64,000 nt of DNA from Trichosphaerium sp. ATCC 40318. Its lineage: Eukaryota > Protista > Tubulinea. Under the pieces are notes generated by a model. It saw only the letters and a program-made list of their open reading frames with translations. It ran no database searches and had not been told where the DNA came from. Of the stretch, positions 38,330-51,605 are shown piece after piece. The stretch covers positions 124,001 through 188,000 of the forward strand of contig JALMLS010000322.1 in NCBI GenBank assembly GCA_038496445.1, written 5' to 3'. How positions within the stretch are numbered: the stretch's first letter is position 1; each line of letters starts with the position of its first letter. A program made the position numbers and the translations under genes.

Positions 38330-40286
38330 ATGCGTAGAACGTTTTATAGGCGTAAAAACAACACCAGACACCTTTCAAGAAGGTGATTATTGTATTTAAG
38401 CCTCTAAATTGCTAAATATCGCCTAGAGGAGAAAATCCGAGCTCTCATACAGCATTTGATACAGTAGGAGCAATTCTAAAAATTAAAACGTTAGAAGATT
38501 GGTATGGCGTCAAAGCCTCTGTGGCCAGCCAATATGGCGCTTCCAGGCTCGTAAACAGGTGTTATTAACGCATAAAGGAATTTCACTAACTCGCTTTGGG
38601 CACACAGGATCCATTTCTGCAGCTCTTAGAGCAGCATACCCAAACTACTTCTGGAACGATTCATATTTTAGGCACATCTTTTTTTTGTCAAAAAATTGTC
38701 ACGTTTTTGATCACATGACTTTTGCATGTATTGACAGTAGTTTAGTTTAGTACCACATAAACATTGGCATGATGTACGGAATCAAAAATCAAAGATTGAT
38801 TCTGTTGGTGAGCGGTTGGACATTAAAACATTAGATGATTGGTATAAAGTAACATACCAAGATTTGAAACAAAATGGCACTGGAGGGTTTATAGCAAGGT
38901 TGTTGATCTTTTATTTTGGTTCTAACGGTTTATAGATATAATAATTCAGTAATGAAGTTATTGATGGCACATTACCCAGAGTACTTGTGGCAACCTCATC
39001 GATTCAAGTGAGCTGTTGTTTTAAAAAGTCAGTATTAACACATAGAAGCAAAGCGCTATCTTCACAGGTCTTGCTTCAAAGAAAACTACTACGAACGATC
39101 GCACAGAAGCTAGATATTAAAACACTGTGGGATTGGCATCTGGTAAAACAGGATGAATTCATAGCTGGAGGAGGGCGGAGTATCTTAAACAAGTAAGGCA
39201 ACTAAAAGCAATCAAGCAAAAAACATTACCACTGGAACTTAGATGCTTATATTTTTACTACTTAGATACAATGGATCTCTCTATAATATGCTTACAACAG
39301 TGTACCCAAAATCAAGTTGGGAGTCGTCTGTGTTCAAGTAACTTCATCATATCATCGACGAACTTTTGTTTTTTACTTCAGTTTATAGGCATCACTCAAG
39401 TCGTCCTTATGGATACTGGAATGCTAAAAGAAATCAAATAGATTTTATACAAAGCGCAGAAAGATCTTTAGGTATCAATAAACCGGAGGAATGGTATCTG
39501 AACACGGTTTTAAACTAGCTCTAAACTCATTTCAGGTACCGTGTTTCAATGGATCAAATAAGCAAAATAGGAGGACAAGGTTTACTCAAACGGCTCACCA
39601 CAACCTTAAGAGATATCTATCCACAGATGAAATGGCATAAAAATAACTTTGGATTGTCTGTTAAGCGAGCTAATCAAAGGTTCGTGCATATGAGAAGTGA
39701 GAAAAAGCATCTTCTAACCCAAACAAAAAAAAGACAGTTGGTCGCTTCTGTCAGCAAATTCTTTCCTGGTTGTTTGGTCTACGAAGAACACTTACTTGGT
39801 GTAACTTCATTTGGAAGAGTTTTAACAGTTGACGTTTTTGTACCTGACTACAACATCGCATTTGAGTACCAAGGTATGTAATTTGTCTTCAAAAAAATTA
39901 TTGTAATTACAGCAAGCTCTTACTTTTAAATAGGCGAGCATCACTTTCAAGACTACCACGTGTACCCAGGTGTACTTCCAGCAACGGTTGGAGAAGCACT
40001 GGATAACGAGAAAATGAGTCATTGCGATGACATTGGTACGTCGAAAAATAAGATCAATGAAACGATAACTTGTTAAAAAATAATAGGTGTTTCTTTGGTG
40101 CAAATTCCTTTTTGGTGGCGAGGTAGCCAATCAGAACTGTTGCAATTTATAACGCACTGTTGTCCTCAATTTCTAGCTAACAACGCAATTCATAACACTA
40201 CAATCGGCGTTCCTCACTCAGGAACTGACTTATCACGCAAGTGGCCTGTTATGAGCCCGCCAGCTGCGACTGTTACTGGTTATTAG
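38330..40286 (+). CDS. Helical-repeat protein with C-terminal PD-(D/E)XK / RAP-like nuclease domain, probably mitochondrial, multi-exon
   Basis: MRRTFYRRKNNTRHLS presequence; four repeats L.IKTL.DWY.V...GG.G.L..Y..S...L...YP...W; LTVDVFVPDYNIAFEYQGEHHF; LVQIPFWW. Confidence 0.75.
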
Positions 40287-40794
40287 TTATAATATCTCAA
40301 AATACGCGTGTGTATACTATATAAATCCTTTGGTGACCTCGTTGCTGTTTAGTGCAAAGTAATTGTTAGTCACCTTCCTGAGTATGTAAATTATTCCGTA
40401 AGTGTCTAGTTAGCGAAATACACCGGTTAGTATGTTTTCAAGTTCGTATGAAGCTACAAAACCTCATTCATCACAATACCGCTATTAGAGCAGTTTATAC
40501 TGTCTAAAAAGATATTTCCTGCATGAATTAACGTTACCCGCGCTAATGAAACCAAGTACATTTAAAACCCGGGTTTAGCGATTTAGAAGATTTCATTACG
40601 CTACCATCACAATTACCCGCAAGTTCCTGCGCTTTTGCAATTGTTTCGCCGAAAGTACTCGAAATTTCAGCCGGTTCTTGTGTGGACCTTTTTTTTGCTC
40701 AAACTTTCTGTGAACGTTATTCTGAGTTCCCGTGACGTAAATATAATCATTCATCTACAAACCTCATACATACAACATCTTCTCCTCAACAAAC

Positions 40795-42394
40795 ATGGCC
40801 TCCCAACAGCAACAGATTACAATCAAATCAAAGCGCCAAGGAAGCGACGACTTACGAAGAGTAACACTCCCAATAGCCGGTCTTACCTACGATAGAGTTC
40901 TAGCAAAGCTTTCATCATTCTACAAGACCATTAACTTCGAAACCGCTAAGATTACGTACACAGACCCTGATGGCGATAAAATTACTGTACGTGAACACAT
41001 ACACAACTTGAATTTGAATTGCACTTTGTACTTATTTGAATTTCTTTCTAGATATCTTCTGACGAAGAACTACGCGAAGCCATCAACGTCATTGGTTCTG
41101 GAAACGTTTTGAGAGTCTTTATTTCATTTGAAGAACCAGTTCCTCAAAACAACGCACAAAAGCCTGAAGAGACTAAACCTACTCCACCAGAGGTACCAAA
41201 CAGCCATTTAAACGCAATAACTAACTCTAAACCAGAAACCATCATTCATTGAAACCTTAACTCAAAAATTGATCGAAAACGCTCATCCAACAGTGGCAGA
41301 CGATATTCGCCTTGTAATCCAAGGTATCACCAAAGAGCTTCCTCCTTTCTTCAGGTACGATCCATTTCAGGCATTCTAAACGCCCTTGACGTCAAAAAAA
41401 AGCAAAAAACTAACTTTATGTTCATAGAAGTGTTCATCAACTACAACATGTCGTTGTCTCACAATTGCTCCGTACTTTGCATAACACAGCTCTAAGATTA
41501 ATGCAAACAAACGAAAAATCAAACTTAGAGTTAGCAAAACAGTACTTGAAGGCATTCTTGGAAATTCGTCCTTCAAACCCAACAGCTGCATACAACCTTG
41601 CTTGTGCTGAGTCTCTTCTCGGTAATGTAGAACATGCAATAAGCTCTCTTGTCAACAGCATCCGTAATGGGTTCGACAATGTCGCACACATCAAAGCTGA
41701 TGCCGACTTAAACAACTTAAGGTACGCAACACAAAAAAACAAACAATAACGATTCACTTTACTAATCTATTCCTTTAGAAACAACGACGCTTTCAAAACA
41801 CTAGTAGAGCTACTAGAATCTCGCCAACAATCTTTTGATGGTTGTCATTCCAGACCTCGAAGCCAATGCCCAATGCAAAGACGCAGATGTGGCGTAAACG
41901 CTCGCAAGCTATTTCTTGCCAATGTCAAGATGGCATCGAAAGCAAGACACGACAAAATCGTTCAAGAGATTACAGAGTCACGCCGTAACAACTTTCTCGC
42001 TCAAATAAGAAACGCTACTCAATCTAGAAAGGCTCAACTCCTCCAAGAGGTACTAGAGTCACGTAGAAATGCATTACAAGCCCAGATGGGGAGAGCCATG
42101 ACCGCAAGACGTGCTGAGCTCGTCAAAGAAATGCAAGAGGCCAAAGAACGCAGACAACAAGAAGCTGCAAAAGCAAAACCTCCAGTCGCACCTCCACTTC
42201 CTCAATCAAGAGATGTCATTCCAGATGCTCCTTTCCCTGTGACTCAGTCACAAATCGCTAGAGCTAACGCTTTCAGTGAGGCTGTAAAGACATTGGAAGC
42301 TATGGGATTCACTGATAGAAGAAGCAATATTGAAGCCCTCATTAAAGGCAAAGTAGATCTCGCAACCGCCGTACAAATCTTATTGAACCAGTAA
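40795..42394 (+). CDS. PB1 - TPR - coiled-coil - UBA protein (p62/NBR1-like adaptor architecture), multi-exon
   Basis: ITIK...DLRRV...ITYTDPDGDKITISSDEEL (PB1 OPCA); AAYNLACAESLLG...IKADADLNNLR (TPR); LEAMGFTDRRSNIEALIKGKVDLATAVQILL (UBA). Confidence 0.85.
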
Positions 42395-43229
42395 TTTAAT
42401 CTGGTTTTGTTAATAGTTGAACATATAAATAAACGATCTTTATCTTATTTTGTTTGTGGCCTTTTTTTTTTGTGAAGACGTTATTTGACATTGTAAACAA
42501 CTAAATGTTTCCATCCTGGTTTTTTTCACTGCTTAAGTGAGAAGCTGCATATATTTCAGAGTGCCACACTTGATGTAACGCTGTACAGCACTCCATTACT
42601 TAGTACGTTAATCTTGGTGTTGACTCACAAACAGCTTCTGATCTTCAACGTGTAGGTGACATTATACCATACTTTTTATACTAACGCACTAGAAAGTATT
42701 TGAAGCTCCCACGCTACAATAGCATTTCACTTACTACTAACAACATAAGGACTGCAACAAAACTAACCAACCAAACGGCCAAAGAGCGAAAGAAATGCAA
42801 ATAGATCTACTGGCAGTGCCAGATGAAATAAGTGTCATATTCTAAGCCACGGTCTTTCTTCGGACTAAGATTAGCAGCGCCACCTTCTGAGAGATTTGTA
42901 CACAAACATGTTGGATATAGCGTCACAAAGGTTAAAGACGAAAACGAACCATCACCTTGAACTTGTACAAAAATAACAGATGACGGTATTAAACTTTGGC
43001 TGGAACATACTTTGTATAAAACAGAAGTTACTAAAGAAGGTGTCAAAGCATTGAATGTGCGTGTAATGTTGACTATTCCAGCGCAAGTATTTTTGATGAT
43101 ATTGGTTTTGTGACTTCTGGTTATTGTGAGACAGAGCGAGCTTGATAGCATATCAGAATTTTACAAGAAAAAAGAAACATTCATCAGTTCTTGAACGAAG
43201 CTTATTTTTTTTTTAGGAACATTTTTTTA

Positions 43230-46200
43230 CAAGGTTAACTGTCTCTTCTTCATCACCTTCTGTTCCATTAAGTTTATAAGCAATGTTACAGGCGATCAAA
43301 TGGTAAAACCTACAAAAAATAAAACACGTGAGTTGACAACAATTGCAGTTTTGACAAGAAAAATCAAAGTTGGTTTTTTTGGTGCAGCGTACTTTCCAGC
43401 AAGTCCAGCATGGTATATGAACAGTGTATGTAAGTAAGCCTTTGATATTTTCCATACACTTGTTTCAGTTACTGCTTTTACAGTAGTGAGTGAAGCTATT
43501 GACTTTACAAAACTAAGTTCGCCAAAAATCTATTGTGGGAGTGATTAAGTGATCATAAGTCAGAAAGTTACTGTTTTTTTTTTGTATAACCGGCTGGCTC
43601 GTACTTGATTTTTTTTCAATGTCACCAAGTTTATGACTTCTCCTTTATCCTTCTAGTAATAAACATAAGTACTTTTAACAATTCTTGTATACAGCAACTT
43701 CACAACAAGTTGTTAAACCTAAATCCAAAAAAAAATTACCTTTACTGTCATTTGACAGTGTCCTTCCTTTATCATGTATACACAACTTTGAAATGTTCCT
43801 TTGATTCTGTTTAAGACATAGTTTTTGAAAAAAAGAAAATAGAAAAAAAAATAATTCAATGTTAACATTTTTACCTGGACGCTGTATTATGTCGTCTTTT
43901 GCATACGTATCAATCCGAGATCCTTAAAGTGTATTGTTAACCAAAAAATTGTATGCAAATGAGTGTGTTACCTTTTAGTATCAACTCTAATTCAGAGTTT
44001 GTTAAAGTTCTATTATACTTCATCCCAACAGGTTTTTTTTTCTTCTAATTTTTCTCAAAATAAGTACACAGTTCAAATACATTCAAATTCGTCACTTTCT
44101 TGCTCCATCACCTCATTTAAAATACAGGTTTTATAAGAGAAACAAAGTATACATGTAGGGCATTCAAAAAGAGGATTTGAAGAAAAGAACTACTGCAACC
44201 CTCTTCAGGAACACTACTAAAGTTTTGCAACCCAAAAAAAAAAAAAAGCATGTCTAGTCAAAACAACGTACCAGCTTACCCAAGAAATCGGGTACAGAAA
44301 ATTTAAAAGGTGGCTCAAAATTTAGTCTGACTTTACATTTACAATCAAGGGCTATTGTAGGAATATACTTTCCTTTAAGCGTTTCCTAGGTAAAAATTAT
44401 TTCTTTGGAAACCGGAAAATTATAAGAAAGTTTGTAGTAAGTACGCCGTGTCTTTGCCAAATACCAACAATCTTATCATCAACAGTTGCGAAAACCCTTC
44501 CATTTTTCCTTTGTAAACCAATACCAACACATTTTCCTAAAAACCAATGTTAACGACGGCTCAACAAGCTTTTCCTTTATGAACAGAAAATACGAATCTT
44601 TTTTTAAAGTTCGACGTGCCTCTGTAGCGCCAGAAGAAATGACCTTTTTCATCTTGTTCAGTTTTATTGTATTTCATATCACTTCCATGTACACCGGTGG
44701 AGTAAAACGCAAATGATGTTGGTGACGTCCTGTAAAATCAGGGTTAACCAATAAAAGATCGTTTGATATCTCTTACCCCGGGAATTCGAGTTCTTCGCCT
44801 GGTGGCGTTAAACCTAACGCTATAATGCCAGGTATAGTATCGTCTTCTGTTTCTAGAACATGTACTTCAAAATAAAAGACGTCTGCCATACCATTATCTG
44901 TAAAGTTAGCAGACCTTCAAACATGTCAGAACAAAGTAACGTAGTAAAAAAATAGTTGGTTTTGTGAACGAATCTAACCATTTCTCCGTTGTTGGAAGAA
45001 CTATAGGTGTTCTCTCTTGAGGACTATACGTAATCTCGAGATTAGACTCATCAATAATACAACCATCAATAAGCGAAGAGTTACGCTAAACAATGAGTAA
45101 ATGAGAAAAAAACGAGAAAATTACTAACCTTGAAAGTGGCACTCTGCACACGCATTTGTTCTCCTATAAGTGTTGTACCACTATTCTCCTCATCACCTTG
45201 GTGGTGCATATATTGCCAATATGTATGTAATAGTGTGTAGCATGAGTCTCTTTCTTCAACTTTTGCGAATAAATACTTTGCAACTTCTCCATCCATTTTA
45301 ATGATTTCTATTTTTTTATCTCCTACCTTATCCATAAGCGATGAGTACCCGTTTGTCCTCATGTTATCTTCTTTGATATAAGCATACGTACTTTATTGAG
45401 TAACTCTACATTAGACCAAGGTATTATACTCTAGACAAAGACAAGTGTAAGAAAAGTTATTCGGGTTTTCGGAAGTATGCGTACTACCTTCTTTCCTCTC
45501 AGAGACTTTCCAGCACGATATGAAATATATCTTGGCGATAAATACATTGCTCCACTTGAAGGAATAGTAGTAGAAGTTGACTGACACCTACCACGAAGCA
45601 TCAACCAGAAGGACTTTTACAATGATCAAAAAAAGCTTGTTTTCTTACTTAAATTTCTTCCAAAGTACTTCACCACTGAATCCAAACGCTTTATTGAATT
45701 TGCTGTCCTTAGCAAGCATGTCATCAGACTAAATTGCATTAATAAACGGGAATAAAAAATGTGAGAAAAAATTGTTCCCGTGTCTCCACAAACGACACCA
45801 ACAGAGGCACGCCTAGAAACAAGGGCAAGAAAAATAAAAAAAATGTATTTTAAGTTACCACATCACGTGTTCTTGGTAGACTATTGCTAACACGAAGTTT
45901 CCTTGATGCCCTTCTAGATTCAAACAATTAGTCGTACTTTTCTTCATTCCAGGTTTTGTTCAACGTACTTAGTCTTTGAAGAAATATATGACCTTAAACG
46001 ACTTGCAAGACCAAAAGCAAGTGTGAAAAATAGTTTACCAGCGAGCATACTCCCTGCTAAAGTGAGATTTTACTAATCAATGCAATTCTGGGTTTTTTAA
46101 ACAAAAAGAGTGGTTTACTGACCTCGCTTTCCCTGTGAACCTAGCACTTAGTCAGTCATGTAAGATACGAATTGTTTGGAAATGTACAATGAAATAAAGC

Positions 46201-49113
46201 CAAGTCTACGCTTATAGCATGTGCTGATACATCAGTTTCGGCAAGAACCTTTAAACCACGTTCAAATAAGCAACAAAATTTTATGAGTTTTTTCTTATAC
46301 CTTAACACGAAGATTTACCTAAACGAGTTGGTAAATGCATACATACACTATTGATTGGGATTTGTATTGACGTACGTGATTTGATATTGATAACAATGCT
46401 TCTTCACCAAAAAACTTTCTATGCTGTTTGCAATTGGTGTAAGAATGGAGTATAGAGTATGCATTTACCTTTGATTTTACAGGAGTTACGTTTCCGCCAA
46501 TTACTTGGCTCAACCTGAAGGATTTAATAACAACAACATATACGATGATTCAAGTTACGTTACCTGACTGAGCCACTTTGTAGACTAGGTATTGTAAGTA
46601 TGAAGAAATGACGAGAACAATGTCTTAATACGTACAAATGGAGCTTACCGTCTTTCTGATCAAACCCTACAACTTGCTTGCCTTGTTCATAGCTAACAAG
46701 TTTCGCGCCTATTAAATCCCACTTTAAGTTTAGGTTGCTTTTAAAACTTGCAATTCAATGGACGTACCACCTAAAAGAGTTCCGCTAGATCATAAATAAG
46801 CAAAAAAACACGCGTAAAGAAAGAATACTACACGTACATATCTCGCTCGTTCAAAGTCAACGACAATTCAGGTTCTTTTCTCCGTGATTTTTTCTCTCCA
46901 GTACGAAATGATCCTATGATTTTAACCGTATTATGTGAAGCACTGTGAGATCTACAAGTTTGTTGGAAGGTGTAAAGTAACACTAAAACTCAAGCAGTAC
47001 TTTTTATGTCCTCGTTGCCTCGAAGGAGACCCTATATTGCGTACACGCAGAGAAGTATTCATAGAAGCTCCACTAGTGGCGTCCTTTGCGTATCCCTCGT
47101 TGCGTAGACGAGCAATAGCAATCAATGTTTCAGTATCATCTGGAATAGCATCCGACATTGCAAAGGATTTAACCATTGTAAAGTACGAGTAGTTCTTATC
47201 AATATCGTAGTCTTTCCTCCATTTGAATACATCTCTAACTTGTCTTGCTAGTTGTTGCATTGCTTTCCATGGTATAGCTTTTGTTGATACTTTAATACCT
47301 TCTTGAATCTTTGTAATGTTCATTAAAGTGATAGCTAATAAAAACCTTGATTAACAACTTCACACGTGAAGCATGTTTTTGTCTGCGTACAAATGATCGG
47401 CATACACGAGTGTTCTTTTGCTCTCAATAACGCTATACGTTTTGTATACTTTGGGTACATAGGTGGTGTGAACACAAACTCTTTAAGTTCCATGAGATGG
47501 TTGTACTCACTTCGTCTTTCTATTTTCAAAAGCTGAATTGGAAACAAAAATTAGCGTTTAGGTTTTTTTGGATTAGACTAGTTGCACCTCCATAACTTTA
47601 GTTAATTTTTTGATTACTGTTCCACCTAGACTGTACATGATCATAGCAGCACAATGGAAATTGTTTATCGATACAAGGTGATAAGCAATTTGTATAAACT
47701 TTGTCATTGTATCCAAAGCATTCCTACAGAAATAGAAAATATAAGTGCTTTTGTACCTAAAAACCTAACCAAAGAAAAGAAACCACCCCTTACCATACAT
47801 TATAATAACTTAATATTTTACTAGATACCCACGAAGTCAACTAATCAAATTAAGTTTCTTTCTGAACATTCTATTCTTGTTTGACTATTCTACTTACTCT
47901 GTTTGATGCGTCTATAAAATGCGATAGATTGGGTGCCAATTTACTATCTTTGGGATCCTACAAAACCGTTTAAAAAAACCGTTGTAAATGTACAGAAAAC
48001 CATTATCGTATACCTTCACTAAAAATTCGTGTGGTTGCACCTACATTAAAATTACTTCCGCTAAAACTGTACTCACTATTTTACACGTACACTACGAAGT
48101 TTAAGCATATAAAATAATGTTATTTGAGTTGCTACAAAAGTTGCATCCATGCTGTAAAGTGGTATTGTTGATCTTCTACCAATTGACACTGCTGTAGATA
48201 GTGTAATTATTCGGGTCAAATAAAAAAAAGCATACCAGGGCGTGGTGAAGTACGTAAAGAAGGCAGTTTGGTATCTGCAACATCCTTGCATTTCCCAAGC
48301 ACAGTCATAACCATTTTTTCAGTTGAGCTGAGGCTCTTTACATCACGTGAGTATCACGTGATTTTGAATTCTGATTATTATGCCGCGCACCTTGCGTTTC
48401 TTTGATTTACGCGTTTCTCGTGAGTCTAGCGAAGATTGCATCTGTAGAAACGCAACAAATCGCCTAGTTCAAATTTTAACAATGACTTCACCGTTAAAGC
48501 GTACTGTAACGCGCTAAGATAGCGCATGTCATGCATCATACGACATGCTGCGCTTATAAATACCGTTATAGCCTCTGTTTGAGTGTGATCACTCTTTTTA
48601 CTGGCCTCTGCGTACCTGTAGATCCTCATGAGTCATATTTGTTTACAAAAAAAAAGAAAACCAAATGTAGGACCACCACAGAGCCACGATTGGTATTGTG
48701 CAATCTACACTATAAAAAAAACGTACTCTTTGGTTAAAATATCTAGTAACTCTTCTGTTGTTGTAAATACGCAGTAAGATATTACAAAGTCGCTGAATTG
48801 ATTGTAAAAAACAGTAATCAGACTTGTATTCTACTCACCTGATAAAACTCTCTGGGAACGGTTTGTTACCTTGTAAAATGATGAGGAGATAGTTTTACGC
48901 GTTAACACGTGATATTAGTACATACCATCTTTTGATAAGATTATAGCACGCATTATTTTATTCAGCACAGCGCGAGGGGTTTTATATGAGCTGTGTGACG
49001 AACCTACAAAAAAAAACAAAGCGTCACTCTTCTCACGAACTTCCAAAATCTCCCCGTACCCCGCCTAGTACGATGCTGAGACTGCGACTGAAGGAAGAGT
49101 TAATAAACGGCAT
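43230..49113 (-). CDS. GbpD-like RasGEF: REM - CDC25 - cNMP-binding - GRAM - SPRY-like - cNMP-binding; ends approximate
   Basis: SYCVFTTTEELL (REM); FVATQITL, LTSWVSSKIL, KFIQIAYHLVSINNFH, IPWKAMQQL (CDC25); FFGEEALL and DFGELSF (cNMP); GAMYLSPRYISY (GRAM); VFYFEVHVLE..IALGL..EFPG (SPRY). Confidence 0.8.
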
Positions 49114-49443
49114 GAAATTGGTTATGTTCAACGCGCCATAATGCGATTGTGGTGTTACCCTTGTTCTCTTTAGGGTAAAATCGCCAAAACTGAGCACAAA
49201 AAGAAACTAAACAAGAGCTACGTTGACGAATACTCAAAAAAACGAAAAAGAACGTGAACTATTGGCTATACTTGTAGTCTTACGCGTAGGATACATTACG
49301 GTAGGCTTTAAACATCCCTAAATCGGCAAATTGTTTTCACTACGTGCAAAAAAAGAAACTCACGCTCTATCGGTTTTTCTAGTGTAGTAAAATAGTGTGG
49401 TTTATTGCCTTAGAGAACCTTTTCAAATCTTCAGCTTTTTAAC

Positions 49444-49510
49444 TTTTTTTTGCTTTTTTTTCGTTTTTTTTTGTTTTTTTTTTTTTGCTTTTTTTTGCTT
49501 TTTTTTTTTT
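49444..49510. repeat. Low-complexity poly-T tract with TTTTTTTGC-like units
   Basis: About 65 bp almost entirely T interrupted by GC/CG/G. Confidence 0.85.
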
Positions 49511-50573
49511 GGTTTACGATAAATTGATTTATTGGACATGTCACTCTCCATCTTTGTTTGTACCAGTGAGCTTTTGAGCGCCTGACGGAGCTTCAGAAGT
49601 GACGACCACGGATATTAATACCGTTTGCTGAAGTATGACATATTTCCGTAAACCAGCTGGATCGAAGTGTTCGATAGAGTGGTAAATCTTGTACTGCAAC
49701 GTTGGCAGTTATTTAGTATCGGATTAATTCTCGGCCGGGGAAAATATCCATAATGTAGCGCCAATGCGTGAGGTACAGCCGGACTTGCGATTTTGAAGCG
49801 TAGAAGTCGTAGTAAACCTCATGTGACGTTTCTTGTTTTTGCGAAGGGAGAAACGCTTAACCCACTCAAATGCGAACGTACATGGCATATGTAGAAGTAA
49901 GACCGAGTGAACCGCGTAGTAAATTTTTGTCAATGTTCTGTGCAAAAAGAGAAACAGACTTTTCGGACTTTCTAGAAACGTAATTGACGGTTCTATTACT
50001 TTATCAGACGTAATGTTATTTACTGCCTACGTTGCAATTGTGTAGCCTAATTAGAATTTGTTGCGTGTAGTATTTCGCCTTCCACATGATGCTAGTTCCT
50101 ATTTTGATTCCCACGAAGCTGACAAGAGCCTAGTAGTACCACTGCTAGCCTTTACTTCAATTTAATTTTGTTCGGGCAATACTACGTAGCCAAAAAGCTA
50201 CCAACTGGAAATTATGGCGTAACAAGTTGCAATGGAGCACTACTCCAGCGCACTCCGTACATACTTAAAATGTACAGCATGATTTTCTTTTCAATGAAGA
50301 AAACTTCTGCCCGCAAACTGCGTTCAATCGTTAAATGAGCGTTCAAATAAAAGATATTTCGATGTGAACGAACTTTTTTAACCCAAATCCCATCTTTATT
50401 GGGAAATTTACGCCTCCCCAAATATAAAGCCAGCCGAAAATCTCACAGAGAATGCGGTCAGTTTGGGTCTTTAGGGGAGAAAAACACCGGCGACTCCGAG
50501 GCTTTTACTAAAAAATAACCCCAACAATACAACAACTCTTCAAAAACCTCACTTTAAATTCAAAGTAAGATTA

Positions 50574-51605
50574 ATGCGTGATACATACGCCGAATACAAT
50601 TACCCAGAGCCGTTTTATACGTCCGAGCCACAACTTTCTGGAGTTCCACTTGCATCAGCGGGCGAACTTCCTCCTGGCGCTCTCAGACCGACGGTAGACT
50701 ACTCACATGGCATAAACCCTCTCGAGATAAATAACTTGGACCTTTATTACGAACCGAGCTATTATAACCAATACAACCCTTCATCATTTTCAGAGTACTA
50801 CAACCTATCTGCGGATGAAATACAAGCACCATACTCTAACCCTTACGCGAACCCATATCAACTTGATGACGAAATTGTTTATCAGTCAGATGATGAATGC
50901 GAAGCAATTGCAGCGCCAGTACCTGCAGAACCGAACCCCGAAGAAGAGGAACAATTATTCCTGCAACATTGTCGCGAGACAGGTGAGTCACCACAAACTT
51001 TTCTTTCTTTCCACTTTTATCCACCTTTCTCCGCCCATTACACCCCTCGAGAGTATTTCGGCTTTAAACCCCTTTTTTTACTTTTTCTTTTGGGCTCAAA
51101 ACCCCAACGTCACTTTTTTCACGCGTTGACGCCTAATTAAACGAATATTATTCTAACTCGCCCTCAGTTCATCTCCCGACGACAAAAACACCTGTAATCG
51201 ATACTGTAGCTATGCTCGCTACCATACACCTTTCCTGTCGTCTAGTAGACGATAACACTATTCAAGTGACAAATGCATCCGAGTTTTTGCAAAATATCCG
51301 TGACTTCTGCAAGAAGCGCAAGCAAACCACTTCAGACGATGCACGCGTAAAGGCCTTGAGCCGTTGGTTCCAAGGAATACCTTATAAACGAAAACGTAAA
51401 GACGCCTACACAATGCAAATCAAGGTACTTTATTTTTATTATTTTTTTGAAATGATTTTTTTTTTTGGTTTCACCAAAACCGCCCCAAACCCGAACGATT
51501 GCTGACGTTTTGATTTAGGATAACCAAAAGACCAAGTGGAAACAATCTTTAAAACGAGTCCGCGCCTACGTTAAACAACTCCCTCTTAATCGAGAAGCGT
51601 ACTGA
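50574..51605 (+). CDS. Hypothetical protein, acidic Tyr/Pro/Asn-rich N-terminus plus basic C-terminal domain (putative transcription factor), 3 exons
   Basis: Introns about 50983-51167 and 51425-51518 join exons in frame; C-terminal TIQVTNASEFLQNIRDFCKKRK...RVKALSRWFQGIPYKRKRK. Confidence 0.6.
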
